From assembly GCA_963666365.2 (NCBI GenBank), contig CAXXNF010000001.1, forward strand, positions 960,001 to 1,024,000: a DNA stretch of 64,000 nt. The letters run 5' to 3'. Shown one piece after another: positions 52,401 through 59,781 of this stretch (positions are counted from its first letter, which is position 1; every line of letters starts with the position of its first letter). This stretch comes from Syntrophales bacterium. GTDB taxonomy: Bacteria > Desulfobacterota > Syntrophia > Syntrophales > UBA2210. Both the position numbers and the translations under genes were made by a program. The notes beneath the pieces were generated by a model that saw only the letters and a program-made list of their open reading frames with translations, was not told where the DNA came from and made no database searches.

Positions 52401-52636
52401 TGAATGATCTCTCGAAGGGACTGGAAATTGAGCGGTTCGATATAGGTATAATCAGCCATGCCCGGATCGGTCATAATGGTTGCCGGGTTTGAGTTTACCA
52501 ATACAATTTCATAGCCGAGTTTTCTCAGTGCCTTGCAGGCCTGAGTTCCCGAATAGTCGAATTCGCAGGCCTGTCCGATGATGATGGGACCTGACCCTAT
52601 AATCATGATTTTTTTTATGTCCTTGCGCGCAGGCAT
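49433..52636 (-). CDS. carB: Carbamoyl-phosphate synthase large subunit
   Basis: IGSGPIIIGQACEFDYSG, two ATP-grasp halves (EINPR, EANPRASRT), C-terminal MGS domain. Confidence 0.98.
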   Translation of the reverse strand: MPARKDIKKIMIIGSGPIIIGQACEFDYSGTQACKALRKLGYEIVLVNSNPATIMTDPGMADYTYIEPLNFQSLREIIQKERPDALLPNLGGQSGLNLSAELARKGVLDEFGVKMIGVNIDAIERGEDRIAFKQTMDRLGIEMPLSKPAYTVEEAEEIAEELGYPVVIRPAYTMGGTGGGLVYNKEELQIVAARGISASLIGQILVEESVLGWEELELEVVRDSKNHMITVCFIENVDPMGVHTGDSFCTAPMLTIDSALQNRLQQYSYAIVEAIQVIGGTNVQFAHDPETDRVVVIEINPRTSRSSALASKATGFPIAFVSALLAAGLTLDEIPYWKEGTLDNYVPSGDYVVVKFARWAFEKFKGAEDSLGTQMRAVGEVMSIGKTYKEALQKAIRSLEINRYGLGFAKDFNKKSLDELMGLLTKPTSERQFIMYEALRKGASVEDLFRKTNIKRWFIEQMKELVELEEEILSHRKETIPDELLGRAKKDGFADRYLAFLTNRSEEEIRERRKVLGITQGWESVPVSGVEDAAYYYSTYNAPDAIPPSPGERKIIVLGGGPNRIGQGIEFDYCCVHAAFALRDAGIESIMINCNPETVSTDYDTSDRLYFEPLTVEDVLSIYEKEKPEGVIVQFGGQTPLNIANELSAAGVAVIGTSPEMIDLAEDRDRFRKMMEKLGIPEPQSGMAHNIDEALSAAAEIGYPLMVRPSYVLGGRGMEVVYDEESLRRYLALAVDVTPERPVLIDKFLENAIEAEADAIADGTDAFVPAVMEHIELAGVHSGDSACAIPPITIPREHIKTIYDYTRRIAVELKVTGLMNMQYAIADNVVYVLEANPRASRTVPLVSKVCNVSMARIATGLMLGERIVDLDLRRNPVPHFGVKEAVFPFNMFPEVDPLLGPEMRSTGEVLGLADSFGLAFYKAEEAASQQLPYEGTVLLTVYDKTNPSVLDVAKGFANLGFKIRATTGTHRYLREHGIPSEGILKMHEGRPHIVDGIKNKDIQLIINTPSGRMSQFDDSYIRKAAIKYKVPYITTIAAAVATVKGIQAVRFGHGAVKSLQEYHRDIS

Positions 52637-52689
52637 ATGCACTTTTCCCTTTATGTTATTTTGGTTTTTTAAATTTTCATGTTGCAGGG

Positions 52690-52718
52690 GTTATAGAAAA
52701 GTCACTATGCTCTGTCAA
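52690..52718 (-). promoter_or_regulatory. Putative sigma-70 promoter of carB-purF
   Basis: TTGACA-17 nt-TATAAC on the minus strand. Confidence 0.7.
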
Positions 52719-52808
52719 GGAGCAAAATCCCCTTATCAAATTTTTATTTGTGGTGAAAATACATCAATGATGTATGAGAGCCGGAACTGCTCATTCGTGA
52801 GATGAACT

Positions 52809-53867
52809 TTACATTTCCTTGCGGAGTTTTGCAAATTCTTTAAGAAGCTTTTCCTCCTTTTTATTCAAATCCCGGGGCACTTCTACGCGCGTCTGGATAC
52901 GCTGATCCCCCCGGCCGAAACCGCGCAGATGGGCAATGCCTTTCCCTCGCAATGTAAATTGGTGACCCGGCTGTGTTCCTTTGGGAATCTTAATTTTCTC
53001 ACTTCCTTCGAGGGTGGGCACTTCAATCTGCCCCCCCAGGGCCGCCACGGTCATGGGTATGGATATTCGGCACAGAATGTCATCGCCTTCCCGCTGGAAA
53101 AGTTCGTGCGGCTCCACATGAATAAATACATAGAGATCACCGGGAGGACCGCCATAGCTCCCCTCTTCGCCTTCGCCGCGCAGTCGGAGCCTTACCCCTG
53201 TTTCCACGCCGGGCGGAATTTTCAGCTGCACGGTTTTTGTGGCCCTCTCTTTACCGGCGCCGCGGCAATCCTTGCAGGGATGCTCTATAATCCTGCCGGC
53301 GCCCTGACAGTGAGGACAGGTGGAACTGACGCTGAAAAAACCGCTCGACCTTGTCACCTGGCCGGCGCCTCGGCAGGTGGGACAGACTGAAGGTTCCGTC
53401 CCCGGTGCCGCACCCGTACCCCCGCAGGCGGCACAGTTCACCAGTCGTTCCATCTCTACTTCCGTGGTTTTACCGAATGCGGCATCCATAAAAGAGATGG
53501 AAAGATCATACCTCAAGTCAGCGCCCTGGCGGGCCGTCGTTCTGGATTGTCCTCTTCTCCCCGAAAAGCCAAAGACATCTTCAAAAATATCGGAAAAATT
53601 AGAGAATATGTCGTCAAACCCTGAAAACCCCCTGAATCCACTGCCGTTTAAGCCTTCGTGACCGTAGCGGTCATAGATGCTTCTCTTTTCCTGATCACGC
53701 AGCACTTCATACGCTTCGGCAGCCTCCTTGAATCGTTCCTCCGCCTCTTTATCTCCGGGGTTTCTGTCAGGGTGGTATTGCAGGGCAAGCCTTCGATAAC
53801 CTTTTTTTATTTCATCATCCGACGCAGTACGCTCAACGCCTAGAATCGTGTAATAATCCCGTTTCAT
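52809..53867 (-). CDS. dnaJ: Chaperone DnaJ
   Basis: J domain HPD, G/F region, four CxxCxGxG repeats, GDLYV. Confidence 0.96.
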   Translation of the reverse strand: MKRDYYTILGVERTASDDEIKKGYRRLALQYHPDRNPGDKEAEERFKEAAEAYEVLRDQEKRSIYDRYGHEGLNGSGFRGFSGFDDIFSNFSDIFEDVFGFSGRRGQSRTTARQGADLRYDLSISFMDAAFGKTTEVEMERLVNCAACGGTGAAPGTEPSVCPTCRGAGQVTRSSGFFSVSSTCPHCQGAGRIIEHPCKDCRGAGKERATKTVQLKIPPGVETGVRLRLRGEGEEGSYGGPPGDLYVFIHVEPHELFQREGDDILCRISIPMTVAALGGQIEVPTLEGSEKIKIPKGTQPGHQFTLRGKGIAHLRGFGRGDQRIQTRVEVPRDLNKKEEKLLKEFAKLRKEM

Positions 53868-53958
53868 AATACTTCAAATGCTATATTCACGTGATGTTCA
53901 CCCGTCGTTCCATATGTTCCGTCACCGATTGATAAAGTAATAACGATCTTCCCGGCTG

Positions 53959-54861
53959 TCAAGAATGAACCGCACCGTGCTTGACGATTCTGCCGAGCAC
54001 CTCGCGGTATCGCTCATAGGTTTTCTCAACAATATGGTCGGGAAGCACCGGTGCGGGCGGTTCCATGTTCCAGTCACTCGACAGGAGATAATTTCTCAAA
54101 AACTGCTTGTCGAAGCTGGTGGGCTTTCTGCCTTCTTCAAGATCGCTCATGGGCCAGAATCTCGAGGAATCCGGGGTGAGAAGTTCGTCAATGAGTATGA
54201 GCCTCCCCTCATGGAGACCGAACTCCATTTTCGTATCGGCGATTACTATTCCTGTCTTCTCTGCAATGTCTGAGGCCTGTCGGTAGATCTTAAGACTTGC
54301 GTCCATCACCGACCGCGCAAGTTCTTCACCAATCACCGCGGACATTTCTTCCCTGCTTATGGGAAGATCGTGTGCGCCCTGCTCAGCCTTGGTGGAGGGC
54401 GTAAAAATCGGTTCGGGCAGTTTCGCAAATTCCTTGAGCCCCGCGGGGAGACGTATACCGGAAATTGCGTTCCCTTCGGAATAATCCTTCCATCCCGATC
54501 CGGCCAGGTAGCCCCTCACAATACACTCGACGGGGAGCGGCGCCGCCTTCTTGACCAGCATGCTTCGCCCTTCAAGCTCCTCGGCATAGGCGAGGCATGG
54601 CGCGGGATATTCTTCAACCCTTGTTGAAACCAGGTGGTTTTCGATGATAGTTTCCATCATCCTGAACCAGTACACCGACATCTCTGTCAATATTCTCCCC
54701 TTTCCCGGAATGGGTGTGGGCATAATCACGTCAAAGGCGCTGATGCGATCGGTCGCCACGACAAGCAGATAGTCGCCTGTTTCATAGACATCGCGCACCT
54801 TCCCGCGGTTGACCAGATTGAGACCTTCAAAATTTGTTTCTCTGCATGCTTCCTTTTGCAC
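53959..54861 (-). CDS. purC: Phosphoribosylaminoimidazole-succinocarboxamide (SAICAR) synthase
   Basis: GKVRDVY, TDRISAFD, ECIVRGY, ADTKMEFG, DELLTPDSSRFW, DKQFLR. Confidence 0.96.
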   Translation of the reverse strand: MQKEACRETNFEGLNLVNRGKVRDVYETGDYLLVVATDRISAFDVIMPTPIPGKGRILTEMSVYWFRMMETIIENHLVSTRVEEYPAPCLAYAEELEGRSMLVKKAAPLPVECIVRGYLAGSGWKDYSEGNAISGIRLPAGLKEFAKLPEPIFTPSTKAEQGAHDLPISREEMSAVIGEELARSVMDASLKIYRQASDIAEKTGIVIADTKMEFGLHEGRLILIDELLTPDSSRFWPMSDLEEGRKPTSFDKQFLRNYLLSSDWNMEPPAPVLPDHIVEKTYERYREVLGRIVKHGAVHS

Positions 54862-54879
54862 TGCGGACCCTTCTTTCCC

Positions 54880-55530
54880 CTAAAAAAACGGATTGTGCTG
54901 CTTTTCGTGAGCAACCGTCGATGTCGGCCTGCGGCCGTAATTATGACCGGGCAGCACGACTGTATCATCGGGAAGACGTAATATTCGCTCCTCGATGGAT
55001 CGATGCATCACCTCCCAGGATCCCCCGGGAAGGTCGGTTCTTCCCACTCCTTCCACAAAGAGGGTGTCGCCGGTAAACACATAGCCGGGCATATAAAGGC
55101 ACATTCCACCGGGCGAATGTCCCGGCGTGTGCATGACCGTCAGGGTGACCGGCCCCAGGGAGAGCGTATCGCCGTCCTTTACTGTGATATCGGCGGGAGG
55201 GGAGGGTTGTGCCCCGAACATTCTCAGCATGGCCGGCGGGGTCGACACGAGCATGGCTGCATCATCCTCATGAATGACAATTTTTGCACCCGTCAGTTCT
55301 TTCATGCGCGCATTGCCCGAAATATGATCCACGTGGCCGTGGGTATTGACGATATAGCGGATGGTGATATTGTGTTTTCCCGCTTCGTCGATGATGGCCT
55401 CGACCTGTGCGGCCGGATCTACGACCAGCCCGTCGCCTCCCGCTTCATCACCGACAAGGTAGGCGAAAACGGCCATGCTGCCAACCTGCATCTGACGTAC
55501 AATCATTACTGCCTCCAAAGCGTGTTCCAT
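54880..55530 (-). CDS. MBL-fold metallo-hydrolase (glyoxalase II-like)
   Basis: THGHVDH, HTPGHSPG, FTGDTLF, PGH. The start may be GTG/ATG at about 55503-55509. Confidence 0.9.
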   Translation of the reverse strand: MEHALEAVMIVRQMQVGSMAVFAYLVGDEAGGDGLVVDPAAQVEAIIDEAGKHNITIRYIVNTHGHVDHISGNARMKELTGAKIVIHEDDAAMLVSTPPAMLRMFGAQPSPPADITVKDGDTLSLGPVTLTVMHTPGHSPGGMCLYMPGYVFTGDTLFVEGVGRTDLPGGSWEVMHRSIEERILRLPDDTVVLPGHNYGRRPTSTVAHEKQHNPFF

Positions 55531-55575
55531 AAATATAAAAATAAGCGATGTTGATACCTTTTTTTCCCTTTCCTG

Positions 55576-56934
55576 TCAATAGTTTTGCTTTTTCAGCACC
55601 GCCCCGAAAAATCCGTCCGTCCCGTGGCGGTGGGGCCACGTCCTGAAGAATCCCTCTGCATCGATCATGCTCCTGTCCCGAAGCGCAGGCGGCTCGCACA
55701 GAACCAGCGACGAATCGGAGGCAAGCGCTTTTTCTACTACCCCTTCATTTTCTTCGGGCTCCGTCGTGCAGGTGGCATAGACCATCGTTCCCCCCTCTTT
55801 GAGATAGCGTGAACAGCGCAGGAGAAGTTCACCCTGCAGTGCGGCACATCTTCCGCTGTCATCAGGATCGGCGAACCATTTGATCTCCGGTTTTCTCCTT
55901 ATCGTACCCAGACCGGTGCAGGGGGCATCGACAAGAATACGATCGAATTGTCCATGATACAAGGGGCCGAGATCCTCTTTTCCATCGGCGGTGATTCTTT
56001 CTATGATCTTGACTCCCAGCCGCTTCGCAAGTTCGACGCCGCGCGCCATTTTACGGAAGTCGCTGTCGACGGCTACGATTGTCCCTCGATTTTGCATCAT
56101 CGCACCAAGGTGCGTCGCCTTGATCCCGGCGCCGGAGCACAGATCCAGCACCCTGTCTCCCGGTTGAGGATTCAAAAGCAACGACACCAACTGTGACGCC
56201 TCATCCTGAAACTGAAGGCATCCCCCTGTGAAAAGCCCATGCTTCCTCACAGGGAAGGGATGAGCGTCGATCACTATGCCATCGGACGCGATGAGTGAAG
56301 GCCGCACCCGAAACCCTTCCTTGGAAAGCAACTCCACGATCGTCTCCCGGTCGGTTTTTATGGTATTGACACGGAGAGCCGAAGGAGGGGTGCGATTGTT
56401 CGCCTCGCAAAGAGCGCAGACCTGTTCGAGGCCGTACCGAGCCTCCCATCGTGATACCAGCCAGAGAGGGTGGGAATGATAGACTGCAATGTGTTCCAGG
56501 GGACGGCTCGCATAGTCCGGATAGCCTATTTCGCCCTTTTGACGCAGGGCATTTCTCAAGAGTGCATTGACGAGGCGATCACGCCCCGGATAAAGGCGTT
56601 TCGCAAGTCCCACCGCTTCGTGCACCGCGGCATAGTGTGGAATGCGATCCATGCAGAACGCCTGATAGAGGGCGACCCTCAGGATGTTCCGAATCCCCCT
56701 CTCCATGGAAGCCACGGCGCCTGAGTAGAATGTCCCGATTATCCAGTCCAGACGATTTCTCAGTCTCAGCGTTCCATAGACCAGTTCCGTAAGCAGTTTC
56801 CTGTCTTCTGCTCCGGCAGGGGCGCCCCGGTCGAGCAGGTGTGTCAGAAGCGGTTCGGCAAAGGACCGCTCTGCTTCCACCCTGTTGAGAATGTCAACGG
56901 CGAGACTTCGCGGAGTTTTCTTCATCATCGGCAT
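55576..56934 (-). CDS. rsmB: 16S rRNA m5C967 methyltransferase RsmB (Sun)
   Basis: NusB-like N-terminus, SHPLWL, QDEASQ, LVDAPCTG, YATCT..EENE, DGFF. Confidence 0.94.
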   Translation of the reverse strand: MPMMKKTPRSLAVDILNRVEAERSFAEPLLTHLLDRGAPAGAEDRKLLTELVYGTLRLRNRLDWIIGTFYSGAVASMERGIRNILRVALYQAFCMDRIPHYAAVHEAVGLAKRLYPGRDRLVNALLRNALRQKGEIGYPDYASRPLEHIAVYHSHPLWLVSRWEARYGLEQVCALCEANNRTPPSALRVNTIKTDRETIVELLSKEGFRVRPSLIASDGIVIDAHPFPVRKHGLFTGGCLQFQDEASQLVSLLLNPQPGDRVLDLCSGAGIKATHLGAMMQNRGTIVAVDSDFRKMARGVELAKRLGVKIIERITADGKEDLGPLYHGQFDRILVDAPCTGLGTIRRKPEIKWFADPDDSGRCAALQGELLLRCSRYLKEGGTMVYATCTTEPEENEGVVEKALASDSSLVLCEPPALRDRSMIDAEGFFRTWPHRHGTDGFFGAVLKKQNY

Positions 56935-57742
56935 CTCTTTTCATCAGCACCACGGAGCTGTACCGGGCCTCTGCGCCCTCATTGGTATGATCCGTATCGG
57001 TAAGCACCAGAATTGCCGCCAGACTTCCGGGACTGCCGCCGAAGCACTCGTTAAAATCCCCGGGCAGATCCCGCTTCTCCCACATCCATCGTCCCGCCTT
57101 CATTTCGCCCGACTCTACACACACGATCTTGTGCCGGGACGCGCCCGGGTAATCTATAATTGTTCCTCGGGGAAAACGATTTCCCCATATATAATCAATT
57201 TTATAGCCTGACGGTTCCAAGGTACCGACGGATACTCCGAAATGCTTCAAAATACCTTCCAGCATCCCTGAAGAAGAGACGGCGCCGTCCCCACTGCCGA
57301 AGACAACCCGTATGCGTGCGGCACTGTCATTCCGGTCGCGGCGATCCTCCCGGGCCATACCGACAACTCGGTTGATCTTCCAGCGCCAGACAAGGATTGG
57401 AAACTCATGAATATTGACATCGGGCCGCGCCATGAGCGCCGAGACGCTGTTGAGGCTCTTCATGCACAGGACGGTACGTTTTCCCTCTTTCTCGAGGACT
57501 GTTTCGTTTGCCTGCTTTCCCAGGTAAGTGACATGCTCCCATCCCGAGGGCAACACATCCTCAGGGGGGGTTCCTTTAAAGCCTACAAAATAATGTGCGT
57601 CATTTTCGGAATCCATCGCCGGAGCGACCCTGGGAAGAAACAAAGAGACGACACAGAGCGCCGCGAGGAGAAAAGCCGGAACACAGCGCGCTCCATTGCC
57701 GCACAGACGGCCACCAAGGCGACGCCTCCTATTCGAGCACAT
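56894..57742 (-). CDS. Exported DUF3047-like protein (start uncertain)
   Basis: Hydrophobic signal region, LVWRWKI, DSAARI, YIW, LTDTDHT. Overlaps fmt and rsmB. Confidence 0.7.
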   Translation of the reverse strand: MCSNRRRRLGGRLCGNGARCVPAFLLAALCVVSLFLPRVAPAMDSENDAHYFVGFKGTPPEDVLPSGWEHVTYLGKQANETVLEKEGKRTVLCMKSLNSVSALMARPDVNIHEFPILVWRWKINRVVGMAREDRRDRNDSAARIRVVFGSGDGAVSSSGMLEGILKHFGVSVGTLEPSGYKIDYIWGNRFPRGTIIDYPGASRHKIVCVESGEMKAGRWMWEKRDLPGDFNECFGGSPGSLAAILVLTDTDHTNEGAEARYSSVVLMKRDADDEENSAKSRR

Positions 57743-58670
57743 CTTCCTGTGAAATTTTATATCCCCTGAGAAAATCATCGATGGACATGCGCCGCTTCCC
57801 CTCTAGTTGCACTTCCTGAAGATAGATATGACCGTCCCCCGCCATGACCTGCAATCCCGATTCAAAGAGTCGGCCTACGCGCCCCGGTTCTTTTTCACCC
57901 GAGGCCTGCTCCCTGCCGGCCAGGGCGTAATATATTTTCAGCTTTTTCTCCCTGAGAAAGGCATAGGCGCCGGGCGCCGGGGACAATCCGCGGACAAGAT
58001 TCACAATCTCATCAGGAGACCGCGCCCAGTCAATATGCCCCGTTTCCTGCGTAAGCCGCGGCGCATAGGTGGCCAGGGAGTCATCCTGCGGCACGGGCCG
58101 TGCAGTACCGTCTTTCACACTTTCAACGGCTTTCAAAAGAAGGCGGGCGCCTGTCTTTGCAAGACGGGCTGAAAGATCGCCAAAGGCTTCAGCCGAGTCT
58201 ATGGCGGTTTCCTCCTGAATCAGCATATCCCCCGAATCGACCCCCTCATCCATCATCATGATGGTGACGCCGGTTTTTGTTTCTCCCCGGATCAGGGCCC
58301 AGTTGATCGGCGCTGCGCCCCGGTAGCGGGGAAGAAGGGACGGATGCACATTGAGGCATCCCAGGGGTGGGGCCTCGATAATTTCAGCCGGAAGGATCTG
58401 TCCGAAGGCGACAAGCACAACCATATCGGGAGCAAGCGTCCTGAATGTTTCAAGAAACGTTTCTCCCCGCACGCGCTCGGGCTCGAAGACAGGGATTCCG
58501 GCCGCCTCGGCATAGCGCTTCACCGGCGTCGGAACCGGCTTTCGCCCTCTCCCTTTCGGCCGCGCCGGCTGGGTGACCACGCCTACGAGCGGATACTTGT
58601 TCTTTACAAGCGCATCAAGCGTCGGGATTGCAAAATCAGGAGTTCCCATAAAAAGTATCTTCGGTTTCAT
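57729..58670 (-). CDS. fmt: Methionyl-tRNA formyltransferase
   Basis: FMGTPDFA, VTQP, NVHPSLLPRYRGAAPI, DSGD. Confidence 0.97.
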   Translation of the reverse strand: MKPKILFMGTPDFAIPTLDALVKNKYPLVGVVTQPARPKGRGRKPVPTPVKRYAEAAGIPVFEPERVRGETFLETFRTLAPDMVVLVAFGQILPAEIIEAPPLGCLNVHPSLLPRYRGAAPINWALIRGETKTGVTIMMMDEGVDSGDMLIQEETAIDSAEAFGDLSARLAKTGARLLLKAVESVKDGTARPVPQDDSLATYAPRLTQETGHIDWARSPDEIVNLVRGLSPAPGAYAFLREKKLKIYYALAGREQASGEKEPGRVGRLFESGLQVMAGDGHIYLQEVQLEGKRRMSIDDFLRGYKISQEDVLE

Positions 58671-58731
58671 TGTTCACTATTCCTTTTCGTTGAAGATACC
58701 TGTGTGTACCATATTATTGTTCCTAATTCTA

Positions 58732-58868
58732 CTGTTTGGTCTGTTTGGTCTGTTTGGTCTATCTGGTCTGTTTGGTCTGGCTGGTCTGGCTGGTCTGTGT
58801 GTCCCTTACTTTTCTTACTTTTCCTACTTTTCCTACTTTTCTTACTCTTATACTTTTCTTACTTTTTC
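58732..58868. repeat. Two-block 9-bp tandem repeat: about 7-8 x ctg(t/g)(t/c)tggt, then about 6-7 x tc(t/c)tacttt
   Basis: Units start at 58732, 58741, ... 58795 and continue in the same 9-bp phase at 58804, 58813, ... 58840. Confidence 0.9.
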
Positions 58869-58878
58869 CACTTCCGCA

Positions 58879-59334
58879 TCAATAGATGCCCAGCGCTACT
58901 CCCCCGGCCAGCACTTTTCCCAGTTCTTCGCATTTGGACAAAATATCTTCCGTCACAATACCACGGGCAATCACCGGTTCGTAGACCTTTTTAAACTGAT
59001 AGCCCAGGGCAATCCTCTCTATGCTGTTCACCGCTCCAGTACCGTCGTTTCCGGCGCTGACGAACACCACATAGGGCGTACGGAACACCTGGCCCTGCAC
59101 GCGATAGAATGTCCTGTCAAAAAAATCCTTTATCATGCCCGACATATAGCCGAAGTTTTCCGGCGTTCCTATTGCAAGCCCGTCACACCCGATGAGATCG
59201 TCGCTCGTCGCCTCGGAGGCCCTTTTCAAAATCACTGCGGTATCCTCCATGGAGGAGGCGCCCCTGAAGACCGCCTGTGCCATTGTATCGGTGTGACCTG
59301 TTTGTGAATGATACACGATGAGAATTTCCTTCAC
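58879..59334 (-). CDS. Flavodoxin-like / NAD(P)H-dependent oxidoreductase
   Basis: FMN loop YHSQTGHT, GTPENFGYMSG..KDFFDR, SAGNDG. GTG start with SD aggag. Confidence 0.88.
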   Translation of the reverse strand: MKEILIVYHSQTGHTDTMAQAVFRGASSMEDTAVILKRASEATSDDLIGCDGLAIGTPENFGYMSGMIKDFFDRTFYRVQGQVFRTPYVVFVSAGNDGTGAVNSIERIALGYQFKKVYEPVIARGIVTEDILSKCEELGKVLAGGVALGIY

Positions 59335-59393
59335 AATTTATCTCCTGTCATACACATATCGTTCTCCCTCCCGCAGGGGAGACTGTGTCGCAA

Positions 59394-59479
59394 TGTCAAT
59401 GGAGGCGCGCAGCAACGAAGCAGTCTCATGGCTTGAAATGATGCGATTGCCGCGCTCTCTTTGGTCGCTCGCAATGACA
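59394..59479. repeat. REP-like palindromic element (tgtcattgcgag...gcaatc/gattgc...ctcgcaatgaca type), degenerate
   Basis: Outer arms tgtcaatggag / ctcgcaatgaca and inner arms cgaagcagtctc / gcgattgccgcg. Confidence 0.65.
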
Positions 59480-59500
59480 GTCCAGCAAGTTCTTGCCGCG

Positions 59501-59669
59501 CTCCCGCAAAGACTCATCAAAGCTGAATATTTTTTATCTTCTCTTTTAATCTCCACGCCTCAGCGCCTCAGCGCGAGATTGCATTTCCCTCTTTTTAACT
59601 TTTTTCCCGCAGAGGCGCAGTGATGCAGAGAAAATATTTTTGCAATGGCTCTTAATTCTCAGCGCGAAA
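59501..59669. repeat. Two degenerate copies of the cgcagag.../ctcagcgc miniature palindromic repeat
   Basis: ctcccgcaaagac...ctcagcgcctcagcgcgaga (59501-59578) and tcccgcagaggcgcagtgatgcagag...ctcagcgcgaa (59605-59668). Both resemble 1193-1274. Confidence 0.55.
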
Positions 59670-59723
59670 TTCTTTTTCTTTCTTCAACTCCCCAGCACTT
59701 TTCCTCCAGCCTCATAGCTCCTC

Positions 59724-59755
59724 AAAAAAAACCCCCGGGCGTGCCCGGGGGTTTT
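59724..59755 (-). terminator. Intrinsic terminator after the Fe-S oxidoreductase gene
   Basis: aaaacccccggg-loop-cccgggggtttt with a T8 run on the minus strand. Confidence 0.85.
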
Positions 59756-59781
59756 CGTACTTCAGAAGAAAGGCGAATGAA

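Noticed and set aside
52809..53867. dnaJ without adjacent dnaK/grpE as a novel system
   Set aside because: Stand-alone dnaJ copies are common, and the protein is canonical.
58732..58868. Possible CRISPR array or coding repeat (ORFs 58344..58994 and 58573..59307)
   Set aside because: The units are 9 bp with no unique spacers and no cas genes. The ORFs are antisense to fmt and flavodoxin and stay open only because the repeat lacks stops.
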